Counted from the stretch's first letter, positions 1 to 10,401 are shown. The stretch is DNA of 64,000 nucleotides from Candidatus Woesearchaeota archaeon (GCA_016928835.1 JAFGJW010000005.1:37815-101814); one strand, 5' to 3'. Numbers and translations are program-made. Notes: generated from the letters alone by a model not told the origin.

Positions 1-1
1 A

Positions 2-1849
2 CAGGGAGCAAGAGTAGCATACACAAAGACTGGTCAGGCATTCCAAGGCAAAATAACAGATACAGAAGGCCACCCTATAAAGCATGCAAAGATAACACTT
101 GTCTGCGGCGCCACAACAGCATCAAGATACCTGGACGCAAATGGCAATTATAAATTCACTGCAGCAGAACTTAATATAACAAGCCCTATGCAATTATGTA
201 CAGAAGCAAAGATTTTTGTAAAATTAGAGTACCATGATCCAACAGACAAGGATGAGATAAAATTTGTGTATTTATGGAACAGCAACCCTGTGTACTTTTA
301 TAAAAAATTCAATCTCGCAAGCGAAGCAGACCTCACCCAGAATTTCCAATTGAACGAGAGCCTGCCTGCAGCACAATACGGCGGCCTTCCCAATGACCTT
401 ACTGAGATAGATGATTTCGGCATATCATATTATGAGATGGCTCGTGTATATGAATATTATCGCGACATATTAAAAGTAGATATGAAATACAAGATGCCTG
501 TCCATGTGCTTATGTTTGTGGGCGGCACAGACAGCACACACTACACTCCTGAGCCTGCAAATTCAAGGATTGTTATTAGGGATATTGATTCTGACAAGTC
601 CAATTCAAACAGGCCCAAGAACAGAGAATGGCACGAATTTTCTCATTTCGTACAATATAATAATTATGGCAAGTGGCCGCAGCCTCCAGCAGGAAGTGCA
701 GTACCAGAGGTAAACCATAACGGCTACTCCAATCCAAATACTGCGGACAGCTTCTGCGAGGGATTTGCAGAGTTCATGCCCCTGATGATAGCAAAGCATT
801 ATGGGGAAGCAGACTGGAGAGTGTATGCGAGCTGGGGCAATATGGACAAGAAGATAAAGGCATGGCAGAATTATGGAAGATCAGAGGAGATGGCTGTTTC
901 CGCAACCTTCCTTGATTTAGTTGACCCAAAGGATGATGACAATGTTGAGATCCCTTTCATGGACCTCTGGGATATTATCAAGGATTACAGGCAGAACAAC
1001 TATGTTGTGTACACTGCTGTTAAACAAAAATTTGACAAGCAGAAGGATGCAATTGATTTACTGTATATAAACAACGGCTTTTTTAATGATAAAACAAGAG
1101 GGAATGGAAGCTGGGAGCCGAAGGAAAGCTGGCACAATCTTAATCATGACAATGTTATTGATGCAAACGAATTGAGGATTGATTATGCGCAGGAGCCAAA
1201 TCTTGGAAGGCCATGGATGATCAGGCAGGATAATGAGGAGCCGGGATATTCTGCAAACTACCAGAGGGCAAAAAGAGAGAACGCAGTCAGGCTTCCAGGC
1301 CATTTCATAAAGGTGAACAACAAAGTCCCATTATACAAAGTTAAAGTGACTTTTGCAGATAATCCCGAATACAACTATGATACCACTGCTGATAACATTA
1401 ATGGAATGATATTCTTTGAGATACCTTCCTGGGAAAACAATGCAAAGATAATTGTTGAGCCAATAGGCGTCAAATTCACCAAGCCATTAGAATTTACATC
1501 GCTGGAATTTGAGGCTGCGGGCAACAAGCCGCTTGAGCAGGGCTATTTTGTGGAGCATAATTTTGGCATAACAGACTCAGTTCCACAACCAGCTGCAATC
1601 ACAACACAGACACTTGATGATGACATCCCTTACTGGGAGACAAAGGATCTTGTGGCAAAGCCAGAGGATTACAAATACACTTATGTAGAACAGAAGGCAG
1701 ATTATGAAAAAGGCGAGAAACTAATCTCAACTAATCGAGCAGCGCCAAAATCAGGCTTCTTTTTTATCTGGATAATTGTGGGTATTGCTTTAATCTTGAT
1801 TGTGATACTAATCCTTTCCTTAGGGAAAAAGAAAAAACACAGGAAATAA
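2..1849 (+). CDS. Membrane-anchored extracellular zinc metalloprotease (gluzincin-like), 5'-truncated by window edge
   Basis: Frame is open from base 2 (QGARVAYTKTGQAFQGKITDTEGHPIKHAKITL..., carboxypeptidase-regulatory-like strand pattern). HEFSH zinc motif followed by EGFAEF (candidate third ligand). C-terminal TM helix and basic tail KKKKHRK. Confidence 0.75.
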   Translation, partial: QGARVAYTKTGQAFQGKITDTEGHPIKHAKITLVCGATTASRYLDANGNYKFTAAELNITSPMQLCTEAKIFVKLEYHDPTDKDEIKFVYLWNSNPVYFYKKFNLASEADLTQNFQLNESLPAAQYGGLPNDLTEIDDFGISYYEMARVYEYYRDILKVDMKYKMPVHVLMFVGGTDSTHYTPEPANSRIVIRDIDSDKSNSNRPKNREWHEFSHFVQYNNYGKWPQPPAGSAVPEVNHNGYSNPNTADSFCEGFAEFMPLMIAKHYGEADWRVYASWGNMDKKIKAWQNYGRSEEMAVSATFLDLVDPKDDDNVEIPFMDLWDIIKDYRQNNYVVYTAVKQKFDKQKDAIDLLYINNGFFNDKTRGNGSWEPKESWHNLNHDNVIDANELRIDYAQEPNLGRPWMIRQDNEEPGYSANYQRAKRENAVRLPGHFIKVNNKVPLYKVKVTFADNPEYNYDTTADNINGMIFFEIPSWENNAKIIVEPIGVKFTKPLEFTSLEFEAAGNKPLEQGYFVEHNFGITDSVPQPAAITTQTLDDDIPYWETKDLVAKPEDYKYTYVEQKADYEKGEKLISTNRAAPKSGFFFIWIIVGIALILIVILILSLGKKKKHRK

Positions 1850-1852
1850 TTT

Positions 1853-2257
1853 TTATTTCCTTTTCTCCATGAACTTCTTCTTGTAGGGGTTTTTTATGAA
1901 ATAAAGATATGAAAAAGTGACAGCAAGTACTATGCCTGCCCCGATGATATTAATCCAGTTTAATAGAGGATACTTTCCGAGTATAGGTCTTGTCAGGAAC
2001 CCCTTTTCCGAGCGGATATCTACCTTTTTTTCAAATCTTTCTGTGACAGTGGAATTATAGACTGCATCCAGGACAATTGTGTAGGTCCCTTCAGGCAGCT
2101 CTTCCAGAGATGTGTACTCTCTCCACAGAAGAGTGTTGACACTCACTCTGCTGATGTCATGGAAGATGCTATCCCCCTCTTTATTAATAACCGCAAGATC
2201 CAAATCAATTGGCGCTGGACCATCTTCAAAGTTCTCCAGCAGGAGTATTATCTTTTT
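1853..2257 (-). pseudogene. Probable C-terminal remnant (Ig-like domain + TM + basic tail) of a surface protein, or small gene with an unclear start
   Basis: ORF 1853-2203 has only a TTG start. The frame stays open to 2257, directly after the permease TAA (KKIILLLENFEDGPAPIDLDLAVINKEG...LPEGTYTIVLDAVYN...TM). Confidence 0.45.
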
Positions 2258-3496
2258 TTACTCATACCTCAACGCGTCCACCGGCTTTAGCTTAGATGCC
2301 TGGAATGCAGGAATAAAGCCTGCAAATATTCCTATGACAACTGAGACAGAAATTGCTATAATTATTGAATGGACTGAAACAAATGTTCCCTCTCTCAACA
2401 TCCCGACTTCACCCATCATAGCAGGTAGTATTCCTGAGAGTATTGTTCCGAAAACAATCCCTAAAAAACCTCCGACAAGGCCAATAAGCGCAGAATTTAT
2501 TAAAAATATGGTCATAATATCCCTGTTCCGAGCGCCTATAGCTTTCATTATTCCAATCTCTTTTGTTCTTTCCAGAACAGAAGTGAACATAGTATTTGCG
2601 ACACCGACAGCACCCACTATTAGCGAAACTCCTGCTATTGCCACCAGGAATGCATTCATTGATGTCATCATCTCTGACCTTGTCTCCTGCATCTGTTTGC
2701 TAGAGCTTATTGAAAAATCCTGTGTTTTTTCAGTAACATGCCTAACTAGCATAAGCTTGTTCTCAATCTTTTCTATAGTCTCATCTAATGTGTCCTCGTC
2801 CTTGACTTTTATGACAATAGAATCATAAACATTGTTTTCTTTGTCATCAAGCATCTGGTATGCCATCTGTATTGGCATATAAATATTAGTGCTGGAGTCA
2901 TCCAGTATGCCTACAACTCTGAAGACATTTTCTTCGATGGTGATCATCTGATTTATACCGATGGGCTTATCAAAATATGAATCAGCCAATCTTCCTCCAA
3001 TAACTACTACATTTTGGTCAGCAGAATCAAGCATTCTCCCTTCTTGTATCTCGGAGGTTGTTATCCTGGACCACACTTTCTGGTCAACTCCTGTCAATGA
3101 AACTGTGCCAGATTTTCCAAGATAAGCAACTTTAACATTGCCCCTAATATTTGTGTCAATAAGCTCGATGTCTGGGATTCCCCTAAGAGCTTGCACATCT
3201 GTCCTGTCCAGAACAGGCTCCTCTTCAACAGCTGTGCCTCCGCCACTAAATCCTCCTCTCTCGCCCGGCGCACCAAACATTCTAAATCCTCTTGAATATC
3301 CTGCGCTCAGAGTAAGAATATCCCCGCCCAATCCTCCTAACTGCTGCGTCATTGTCTGCTGCATACCTCCGCCTATTGACATTATTGCTATGACTGCAGC
3401 AACACCAATAACAATACCGAGTATGGTAAGCCAGCTTCTTAGTCTGCTATGCAATACCATAGCAAAAGCATGTTTAAGACATTTGCTTAGCTTCAT
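2258..3496 (-). CDS. MacB/FtsX-family ABC transporter permease
   Basis: RSWLTILGIVIGVAAVI N-terminal TM, large extracellular domain, VLERTKEIGIMKAIGA and PAFQASKLKPVDALRYE signatures. Confidence 0.95.
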   Translation of the reverse strand: MKLSKCLKHAFAMVLHSRLRSWLTILGIVIGVAAVIAIMSIGGGMQQTMTQQLGGLGGDILTLSAGYSRGFRMFGAPGERGGFSGGGTAVEEEPVLDRTDVQALRGIPDIELIDTNIRGNVKVAYLGKSGTVSLTGVDQKVWSRITTSEIQEGRMLDSADQNVVVIGGRLADSYFDKPIGINQMITIEENVFRVVGILDDSSTNIYMPIQMAYQMLDDKENNVYDSIVIKVKDEDTLDETIEKIENKLMLVRHVTEKTQDFSISSSKQMQETRSEMMTSMNAFLVAIAGVSLIVGAVGVANTMFTSVLERTKEIGIMKAIGARNRDIMTIFLINSALIGLVGGFLGIVFGTILSGILPAMMGEVGMLREGTFVSVHSIIIAISVSVVIGIFAGFIPAFQASKLKPVDALRYE

Positions 3497-4896
3497 CTTG
3501 ATCTTTTCTTTTTCCTGAGAAGATGCCTTAATCTAAACAAATCTTTGAATCTGAAATTGGGGTTATAGTGTTTCTCTTTTCTGTATTTCCAGTATGTGCC
3601 TCCAACAAGTGTTAAAACAACCAGGACAGCTATATAGTATTTGTATTTCTCGAAAAAGCTCTCTTGTCTAAATCTAGTTCTAAATGCTGTCGACATCTGT
3701 GTTTCTGTTGACTGGGTTAGTGTTGAGCTTGTTATGGCTTGGGTGTTAATGCTTACCTCTTTCTCAATTAATTCCCTCTGGCCTCTTGTGTCTGTGTAGG
3801 CAATCTGAATTTTCAAGCTAGAGGACGTTTGCATCCTGGATCTCTGCTCCATCAATTCTTCTTGTGTCATGCTCTCCTGCTGCTCTGCTGTGTATTGTCT
3901 TGCTTGTGATGATTGCAGAGCAAAACTTGCTACAGTGTAATCACCTGTGTTTAAGTTCCCAATAATCATTGAGTTGGAGCCGGTGACCCTCCATCCTTGT
4001 TGTTCTGGGACAATTACTGAGACAGAGAAGGCGGGATTGCTGCCGACATTTGCCACAGTGAAAGAGGTAGTGCCGCTCGAACTCTCTGAAAAAGCAATGT
4101 CAAAATCAGTTCCGCCGCCGACATAGACCCCTGCAATAGTGTCGATTTCTTTTTCAGTATTGCTCATTGGATCATCATAAGTCAGCTGCAAATTCAGTTC
4201 ATATAGTCCTGCATCAGCGTTTGTATCAGCAATAACTTTGTATTCCAGTTCAGCACTTTCACCAACATCTATGTATTTAACATATTTTGTGTTGTCGCTT
4301 CCAACAGGAAGAATAATCTTGTCTTCATTTATCCAACTAAAAGTCAGATCTCTTAGGGGGGCATTTCCAACATTGTTGATAGTAAATTTAAGAGTATCCT
4401 CCTTTCCTGGAATAAGGATGGTCTTATCTATGTAAATTACTTCAGCACTTTCTCTGTTCTTGATATCTATTGAAAAAGAATTTTCAACAACCACAATTGA
4501 GTCTTTTTTATAACGCAGTACTTTTAAATCATAAGTGCCGGCAACAGCTTCCCTGTTGATTCCTAATCTAAATTTTACTATCTTCATATCCTCTCCTTCC
4601 ATATATCCCATAATCGAGCCGATCTCTTGTACTAGACTCTCCCCAGAAATTTTTTCAAATGGATATTCTGCCTTGATTTCTATGACCTGATTTTCAGCCA
4701 TTTCCCCTCCAATGTTTTCAACACCAATCCTGACCTCCAGGATATTTCCTGCAATAGCAGGGTCAGGATCTTGATTGATCAAACTCAATATAATAAGCTG
4801 CATGTCGCTTGTGTCAGTATAGTCAACGGCAAAAGCAGTGCTGCATAAAAGAATCATTCCGCACAATAAGATTTCAAGATATTTTTGTTTCTTCAT
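3493..4896 (-). CDS. COG1361 S-layer-family protein (signal peptide, Ig-like repeats, C-terminal TM)
   Basis: Signal peptide, QDPDPAIAG, NVGNAP/NVGSNPA Ig-like repeats, IGNLNTGDY, C-terminal TM. Sits between ABC ATPase and permease with 4-bp overlaps. Confidence 0.8.
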   Translation of the reverse strand: MKKQKYLEILLCGMILLCSTAFAVDYTDTSDMQLIILSLINQDPDPAIAGNILEVRIGVENIGGEMAENQVIEIKAEYPFEKISGESLVQEIGSIMGYMEGEDMKIVKFRLGINREAVAGTYDLKVLRYKKDSIVVVENSFSIDIKNRESAEVIYIDKTILIPGKEDTLKFTINNVGNAPLRDLTFSWINEDKIILPVGSDNTKYVKYIDVGESAELEYKVIADTNADAGLYELNLQLTYDDPMSNTEKEIDTIAGVYVGGGTDFDIAFSESSSGTTSFTVANVGSNPAFSVSVIVPEQQGWRVTGSNSMIIGNLNTGDYTVASFALQSSQARQYTAEQQESMTQEELMEQRSRMQTSSSLKIQIAYTDTRGQRELIEKEVSINTQAITSSTLTQSTETQMSTAFRTRFRQESFFEKYKYYIAVLVVLTLVGGTYWKYRKEKHYNPNFRFKDLFRLRHLLRKKKRSR

Positions 4897-5597
4897 TTTT
4901 TCACCACCTGGTTTTTATTTTCTATTTTAACTATCTGCCCGTCCTTCAGTTCAATAAGAGTATGAGCATATTGGGCAAGCTTAAGATCATGCGTAACCAT
5001 TATAATTGTCTTGTGCTCTTCTTTCCAGAGTCTTAGGAATATGTTAATAATTTCTTTTCCTGTTTTTGAGTCAAGGTTGCCAGTTGGTTCATCTGCAAGA
5101 ATCACCTCAGGGTCAGTAACAAGACTTCTGGCAATAGAAACCCTTTGCTGCTGTCCGCCAGAGAGCTGAGAAGGCAAATGGTGCATATGACTTTCCAAGC
5201 CGACCATCTTAAGAATCCTGTCTGCTTTTTCAGAAGAAGTTTTATCATCATATTCAAGGAACTCCATTGGTAGCACTACGTTTTGATAGGCAGACATGCT
5301 TTGCATGAGATTGTACTGCTGGAAGATAAAACCTATTGTCTTGCCCCTCAATGTTGCTAGATCAGATTCAGACAATTCGGTAATCTCCTGATTTTTAAGA
5401 AATATCTTCCCTTTAGATGGAATATCCAGGCAGCCAATCAAGTTCATCATAGTGCTTTTTCCTGAGCCTGAAGCACCTATTATGGCAACAAAATCTCCTC
5501 TCTTGATCTCAACAGTTACCCCTCTTAATGCTGGGACTTCTACTTCACCCATTTGATAAATTTTCCAAACGTCCTTGAGCTTAACCAATGTTTCCAT
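4893..5597 (-). CDS. ABC transporter ATP-binding protein (LolD/MacB type)
   Basis: Walker [10 protein letters not shown], signature LSGGQQQR, Walker [13 protein letters not shown]-loop VTHD. Confidence 0.95.
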   Translation of the reverse strand: METLVKLKDVWKIYQMGEVEVPALRGVTVEIKRGDFVAIIGASGSGKSTMMNLIGCLDIPSKGKIFLKNQEITELSESDLATLRGKTIGFIFQQYNLMQSMSAYQNVVLPMEFLEYDDKTSSEKADRILKMVGLESHMHHLPSQLSGGQQQRVSIARSLVTDPEVILADEPTGNLDSKTGKEIINIFLRLWKEEHKTIIMVTHDLKLAQYAHTLIELKDGQIVKIENKNQVVKK

Positions 5598-5688
5598 TGT
5601 CTCTTATAATGGTTTATTAACCAGGTTTATAAGCAATATGGATTTATGTTCCATGTTTTTTTGAATTAAAATAGAAAAATAAGGGAGA

Positions 5689-6138
5689 TTACCATCTCCC
5701 CATGCCAAATCCATTATGGTTAGATTGTGGTCCCATACCTATTCGCGGCCCATTCTCAAAATCTTCATCTCCGTTCTGCCTTGCTTGGTGCATCTCAACA
5801 AGTGTGTTGAAATCCACCTCTGATAGGGTGTCCGCAGCAGTCATGCTTTGGACTGCTTCGACATATGCATCATAGTCGTTGTTCTCAATCGCTTGTCTCA
5901 TCTCCTCTCTGTTTTCCCACATCTCCATCTTTTTTTGATGCCTCTGCACCATATGTTCAAAATTTTCTTCTGTCAACTCTGCTTCCATTGCATTCTTCCA
6001 TGCCTCGTAGTCATTGTTTTCAATTGCTCCTCTTATATCATCGTTCTGCCCAAAGCCGAAGCCGAAAGCAGATGCACCTGCTGCTACTATTCCAACAAGC
6101 AACAGCCCAAGCAGCCCTAGTACTAATTCTTTTTTCAT
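5689..6138 (-). CDS. Secreted helical protein with duplicated AIENNDY motif
   Basis: Start moved to ATG 6138 after GGAGG. Signal peptide MKKELVLGLLGLLLVGIVAAGASA. AIENNDYEAW/AIENNDYDAY repeat and Gly/Met-rich C-terminus. Confidence 0.75.
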   Translation of the reverse strand: MKKELVLGLLGLLLVGIVAAGASAFGFGFGQNDDIRGAIENNDYEAWKNAMEAELTEENFEHMVQRHQKKMEMWENREEMRQAIENNDYDAYVEAVQSMTAADTLSEVDFNTLVEMHQARQNGDEDFENGPRIGMGPQSNHNGFGMGRW

Positions 6139-6272
6139 TTTTCCGCCTCCAAAATTCATTGTAAAGAGCAGATAGCCAAGCATTCTTTATAAACAAGAAG
6201 AAACAAAAATGTGCACTATAAGTCCATATTTTTTATATACTTTTAAATATCTGCTGTGTTTGGTGAACTAAT

Positions 6273-6953
6273 ATGGACGGCCATATGTTTTTCTACAGAC
6301 CAAATTTCTTAATCGAGACCATATATTCTATGATTGTTACTTTCTCGGTTCTGCTTGTTTTTCTGAAAACAAGAGAGATGCACAAACTTACAGACCATAA
6401 AGGTATAAAATACTTCAGCCTTACCTTTTTATTTTTTACAATAGCCCACTTTTTTAGATTTTTCTTTAGGATATTTTTCCGTTCCTTCCTTACCGGGCCT
6501 GGGCCCTTTATGCCTGGAAGGCCCCCATTTAGAATAGGAGAATTGGTATTCATATATGCAAGTGTTATGGCTGGCTTGTTCATGTTTTACAGTGTGATGT
6601 GGAAAAAGACAAAAATAAATGAAAAAATTGTGATTCTGCTGTTCAATATCCTTGCATTTTTAACAGTAGTTTCGGACCTTCTGTTTAGGGATCCTTTTGT
6701 CCATATCTCAATAATCACGCTCCTGTTTGCGGCCACTGTATTTATGAGCCTCTTGCTTCAAAAAAAATCCAAGAAAAAGCACTCGTTTTTTGTCGCTTAT
6801 ATATTGGTTCTGCTTATCTGGATTTTGAATTTGGTGCCAATAGAGATGCCCAGGTTCCTATTTGGGTTAAGAGTTTTTATATATATTATATCTGCAGCAC
6901 TGTATCTCTTGTTAGTCTGGAGAATTCTTAAAAATGGTAAAAAAAAGAGATAG
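6273..6953 (+). CDS. Multi-pass (about 7 TM) membrane protein, possible sensor
   Basis: Seven hydrophobic segments, HKGIKYF motif after TM1. Overlaps the downstream wHTH gene and is divergent from the ABC cassette. Confidence 0.7.
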   Translation: MDGHMFFYRPNFLIETIYSMIVTFSVLLVFLKTREMHKLTDHKGIKYFSLTFLFFTIAHFFRFFFRIFFRSFLTGPGPFMPGRPPFRIGELVFIYASVMAGLFMFYSVMWKKTKINEKIVILLFNILAFLTVVSDLLFRDPFVHISIITLLFAATVFMSLLLQKKSKKKHSFFVAYILVLLIWILNLVPIEMPRFLFGLRVFIYIISAALYLLLVWRILKNGKKKR

Positions 6954-7209
6954 ATTAGAAGTAATCTATGACATTCTGAGACTGATTCAGGATCGGCACA
7001 ATTCTATCAAACCAACTCCTCTGCTTAGGTACTCTAATCTTTCATCTCAGCGGTTCTCTGAGTATATGGATGAGCTTATCACAAAGGATTTTGTCAAGGA
7101 AATCAAAGATAAGAAAGGGAGAAAATATATTACCTTAACAGATAAAGGTTTTAAGTATTTGGAAAGGTATAAAACAATAATTAATTTTATTGATGATTTT
7201 AATCTGTAG
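6934..7209 (+). CDS. Winged-helix transcriptional regulator (COG3432/HTH_45-like)
   Basis: KRDRLEVIYDIL...LLRYSNLS...Y.DEL...YITLTDKG..YL pattern typical of this archaeal family. Confidence 0.85.
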   Translation: MVKKRDRLEVIYDILRLIQDRHNSIKPTPLLRYSNLSSQRFSEYMDELITKDFVKEIKDKKGRKYITLTDKGFKYLERYKTIINFIDDFNL

Positions 7210-7249
7210 CCAGAAAAAATTTTTATTCTTATTCTGTTTTCTATCGCTT

Positions 7250-7768
7250 ATGGTCCATGTTCATTGTGGAAAAAAATCGCATGTCAATACTAAAAGGCTT
7301 CTAAAGCCATTGAACCTGAATAAAACAGATGTGTTCCTGGATGCAGGCTGCTCAGACGGCTATATCTCAATTGAGGCAGCAAAGCAGTGTAAGAAAGTAT
7401 ATGCCCTTGACATCCACAAAGAATCAATAGAGAAATTAAAATCAAAAAACATCCCAAATATTATCCCACTGGTTGCAGATATCACTAAACCATTGCCCAT
7501 AAAAGAGAAGGTTGATTTCTGCTTATTGTCCAATGTACTGCATGGTCTTGTTGAAAATAATGAACTTATAGCTATTAAAAACATAAAAAAGATATTAAAA
7601 GGAGAATTAATCATAGTAGAGTTCAGAAAAGTTGTAAGCGTATTTGGCCCTTCACATAGTGTTAAGTTGAGCAAGGACAAAATTATCTCTATATTAAAAA
7701 AATACAATTTCAGAAAAGTTAAGGATTATAATATCAGCCTGTTCCACTTTGCTCTTGTTTTTGAATAA
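7250..7768 (+). CDS. Class I SAM-dependent methyltransferase
   Basis: Motif I FLDAGCSDG, YALDI, ADI, SNVLH. Start moved to ATG 7250. Confidence 0.85.
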   Translation: MVHVHCGKKSHVNTKRLLKPLNLNKTDVFLDAGCSDGYISIEAAKQCKKVYALDIHKESIEKLKSKNIPNIIPLVADITKPLPIKEKVDFCLLSNVLHGLVENNELIAIKNIKKILKGELIIVEFRKVVSVFGPSHSVKLSKDKIISILKKYNFRKVKDYNISLFHFALVFE

Positions 7769-7831
7769 CTCACCTAAAATTCAGTTTTCTTAACTGAAAC
7801 AATTATATACTACCTGTCCTTAGATATACTT

Positions 7832-8371
7832 ATGAAAAAAGAGCCTCTTGAGATCTCAGAAGACAGGCTAAAGAAGATTGAAGAGGATTTGGAGAAAAAG
7901 GAATATGACTTTATGACCATTTTTCTTTTTGTTGTAGGAACTATTTTGATAGCAAGCATGTTTGTGCTTATCCAGAACCCTTTTTTTCTATCATGGTTTC
8001 ACAGGAACAAAACTATAGAGCTGCCAATGCCCACAACTTTACAGACAACTTCCACCACTCTTCAAGAAAGGGCATTTAATCCTTCTTTCAGGGAATTCTT
8101 GGACAACCCCAACAAATATCTCAACACAAAAATCACAGTATATGGAAAGCTGATGCTGAGGAGCAGGGGTACAGACCCATTAGCCATATCAGAGCCAATT
8201 ACAATTGACAGGTACAACAACAGAATAACCTTAAGGGAAGTTAAGGAAGAGCAATATCATCTCTTTCCTAAAAATGTTGAGACAAAGGATTACTACAAAA
8301 TTGAAGGCTTGTTCATACAAAGCACAGCAGGCTACATTATTGTTGTTGAAAATCTTGAATTGGCGGGCTGA
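7832..8371 (+). CDS. Single-TM protein with Thr-rich linker and possible OB-fold-like extracellular domain
   Basis: TM at about aa 28-48, PTTLQTTSTT linker, FLDNPNKYLNTKITVYG motif. Confidence 0.6.
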   Translation: MKKEPLEISEDRLKKIEEDLEKKEYDFMTIFLFVVGTILIASMFVLIQNPFFLSWFHRNKTIELPMPTTLQTTSTTLQERAFNPSFREFLDNPNKYLNTKITVYGKLMLRSRGTDPLAISEPITIDRYNNRITLREVKEEQYHLFPKNVETKDYYKIEGLFIQSTAGYIIVVENLELAG

Positions 8372-8435
8372 TATTCTGACCAATCTTTATACATCCGAAA
8401 ATCATATAAATCTTAAATACAATTGTGTTGAGATT

Positions 8436-9119
8436 ATGAAGGAAAAAATAACTGATTCGTTCAACAAAATTGTTGATCCATGGCATATCCTGCATATAGC
8501 AGAGTTGGTTGTGCTCATCTTTTCCTATATTGTTATGTTTCCTGTTCTCATTTATATGCCCTTTATCTTCCTTCTGTTCCTGATAGAGGGAAATAATTTG
8601 TACAAAGATTTTTTTGGAATTTTTATTGTAATCTTTCTCTCTCTCATAACATACTTTGTGTATTGGCTTCTTACCAGAAAATTAAAAAAATTCTTTATCT
8701 TTGCCTATTTTTCAATCTCATTTGTCCTTATCTACCTTTTTTACATAATTAACCTAGATATGGCACAGCTTGGTACTATGTTCCCCAGCATAAGCAAAGC
8801 AATTGTCTATTTTGTAGAAATAGTGCTTGGCCTGGCAATAGTATTCATAACACCTCTTTTTCTTGCGCACAGCCTAAGCAAGTTCCTTCATAACAAGGCA
8901 AGTCCAAAATATCTTTTTTGGATTATCATGCCAATTGTTGCTGTATGCAGCATTTTCCTCTTACCCAGAATAATGGATTTGCTCTATAGACAATCAGCAT
9001 TCTTTGATGCGATAGTAAAAATCCTATTAGGTCCACTGATCATTCCTCATCTTAGATACCTTTTTACAAAGGACTTTAAATTTGATTTCAGAAGTGTTAA
9101 TAATTATACTGAATATTAA
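8436..9119 (+). CDS. Hypothetical multi-pass membrane protein
   Basis: Start moved to ATG 8436. Six or seven hydrophobic segments. Confidence 0.65.
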   Translation: MKEKITDSFNKIVDPWHILHIAELVVLIFSYIVMFPVLIYMPFIFLLFLIEGNNLYKDFFGIFIVIFLSLITYFVYWLLTRKLKKFFIFAYFSISFVLIYLFYIINLDMAQLGTMFPSISKAIVYFVEIVLGLAIVFITPLFLAHSLSKFLHNKASPKYLFWIIMPIVAVCSIFLLPRIMDLLYRQSAFFDAIVKILLGPLIIPHLRYLFTKDFKFDFRSVNNYTEY

Positions 9120-9150
9120 ACCAAATCGCAAATCAAAAAAAAAGAAAAAC

Positions 9151-9408
9151 ATGACCCTTTTGTCAACCCTGGCATTAATTGTAGGCAGTATTATGGCTTT
9201 ATCAGCTCTGCCACAGGCTTATAAGATATTTAGGAGAAAGAGCGCCAAAGATATTGCAATAGTGACTTACATTATTTTGATTATTGGGGGCTTGGTCTGG
9301 CTGTTATATGGGATTGAGATAGATAATTTTGCCTTAATCTTGGCAAACACCCTTGGTATCATAACCTCAACTATAGTGGTCTCTGGTTGGTTTTTATATG
9401 GGAGATAG
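9151..9408 (+). CDS. SemiSWEET / PQ-loop transporter
   Basis: LPQAYKIFRRKSAKDI, WLLYGI, ILAN motifs, 3 TM, 85 aa from ATG 9151. Confidence 0.9.
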   Translation: MTLLSTLALIVGSIMALSALPQAYKIFRRKSAKDIAIVTYIILIIGGLVWLLYGIEIDNFALILANTLGIITSTIVVSGWFLYGR

Positions 9409-9411
9409 AAC

Positions 9412-9621
9412 TCACTTTTTCTTTTTTTCAATTAACTTTCTTATATCTTTCACTTCATCTGTCAGTTTTCCAATCTCTCTGATAAGCTCATCCATCTGGT
9501 TATTTACCTTGCTCTGCTTCCAGTTCAAGTACATCATGTAGAGCTGGAACAATAGTGCAATAAAATATCCAACAAGTGCAAAGATAAATGAACCTCCAAT
9601 AAAATCTGTTGTTAGCTCCAT
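9412..9621 (-). CDS. Small single-TM coiled-coil protein
   Basis: 69-aa ORF filling the gap between genes, one TM then a heptad-like tail. Confidence 0.6.
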   Translation of the reverse strand: MELTTDFIGGSFIFALVGYFIALLFQLYMMYLNWKQSKVNNQMDELIREIGKLTDEVKDIRKLIEKKKK

Positions 9622-9669
9622 AACTGTTAATTATTGTAAAGAGTATAAATATTTATCTCTTGGATTTTG

Positions 9670-10326
9670 TTAGGCTCTCTGCTCTCTCCAGCTCCAGTAA
9701 TTATCTCCAATTATCACATGATCTAATACTAGGATATCCAATAATTTCCCCGCTTCTATTACCCTTTCTGTTATCCTTAGATCTTCCCTGCTTGGTCTTG
9801 CATCCCCGCTTGGGTGATTGTGCAAAAGAATGATTTTGGCAGCAGAGTTCTTGATAGCAGGTTTAAAGATTTCTCTTGGGTGTACAATTGCACTGTCCAG
9901 TATGCCTATTGAGACAATCTCTTCTCCGATTATATTATTTCTTGTATCAAGCATCACAACCATGAATATTTCCTGTTTCTCACCTTTGAATTTATTATAG
10001 TAAATATCATAGACATCATTTGCGCAATTTATGTATCTTTTTCCATTCGGCCTAGTTCTTTTGGTGAATTCAAATATGGCCTTGACCTGCATTGCTTTGG
10101 CAGGACCTATGCCATGGATCTTCTTAAGTTCAGCCAATGACAACTGAGACAACTGCTCTATATTATGCTTCTTAAGGAGCCTATTGCACATATCTACTAC
10201 ATTCTCATTTTTGGTTCCTTTTTGAAGTATCACTGCAAGCAGCTCTGCATCGCTTAAAGCTGAGGCACCCATATTCTCAAACCTATGCCTTGGCTGATTC
10301 TGCAAAGGAATGTCTTTGATTCTCAT
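9670..10326 (-). CDS. radC: RadC / JAB-domain protein (UPF0758)
   Basis: LSDAELLAVIL, HhH GIGPAKA, VHPREIF, HNHPSG..PS.ED, VLDHVIIG. Confidence 0.95.
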   Translation of the reverse strand: MRIKDIPLQNQPRHRFENMGASALSDAELLAVILQKGTKNENVVDMCNRLLKKHNIEQLSQLSLAELKKIHGIGPAKAMQVKAIFEFTKRTRPNGKRYINCANDVYDIYYNKFKGEKQEIFMVVMLDTRNNIIGEEIVSIGILDSAIVHPREIFKPAIKNSAAKIILLHNHPSGDARPSREDLRITERVIEAGKLLDILVLDHVIIGDNYWSWREQRA

Positions 10327-10401
10327 GCACAAAAATCATACAACCTTGTTTTAAAAATATTGTGAGAAGAAAAGGATAATAAAAAGAAAAATTGGATAAA
10401 C

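Noticed and set aside
2112-2828. 238-aa + strand ORF
   Set aside because: Antisense shadow of the ABC permease with no motifs.
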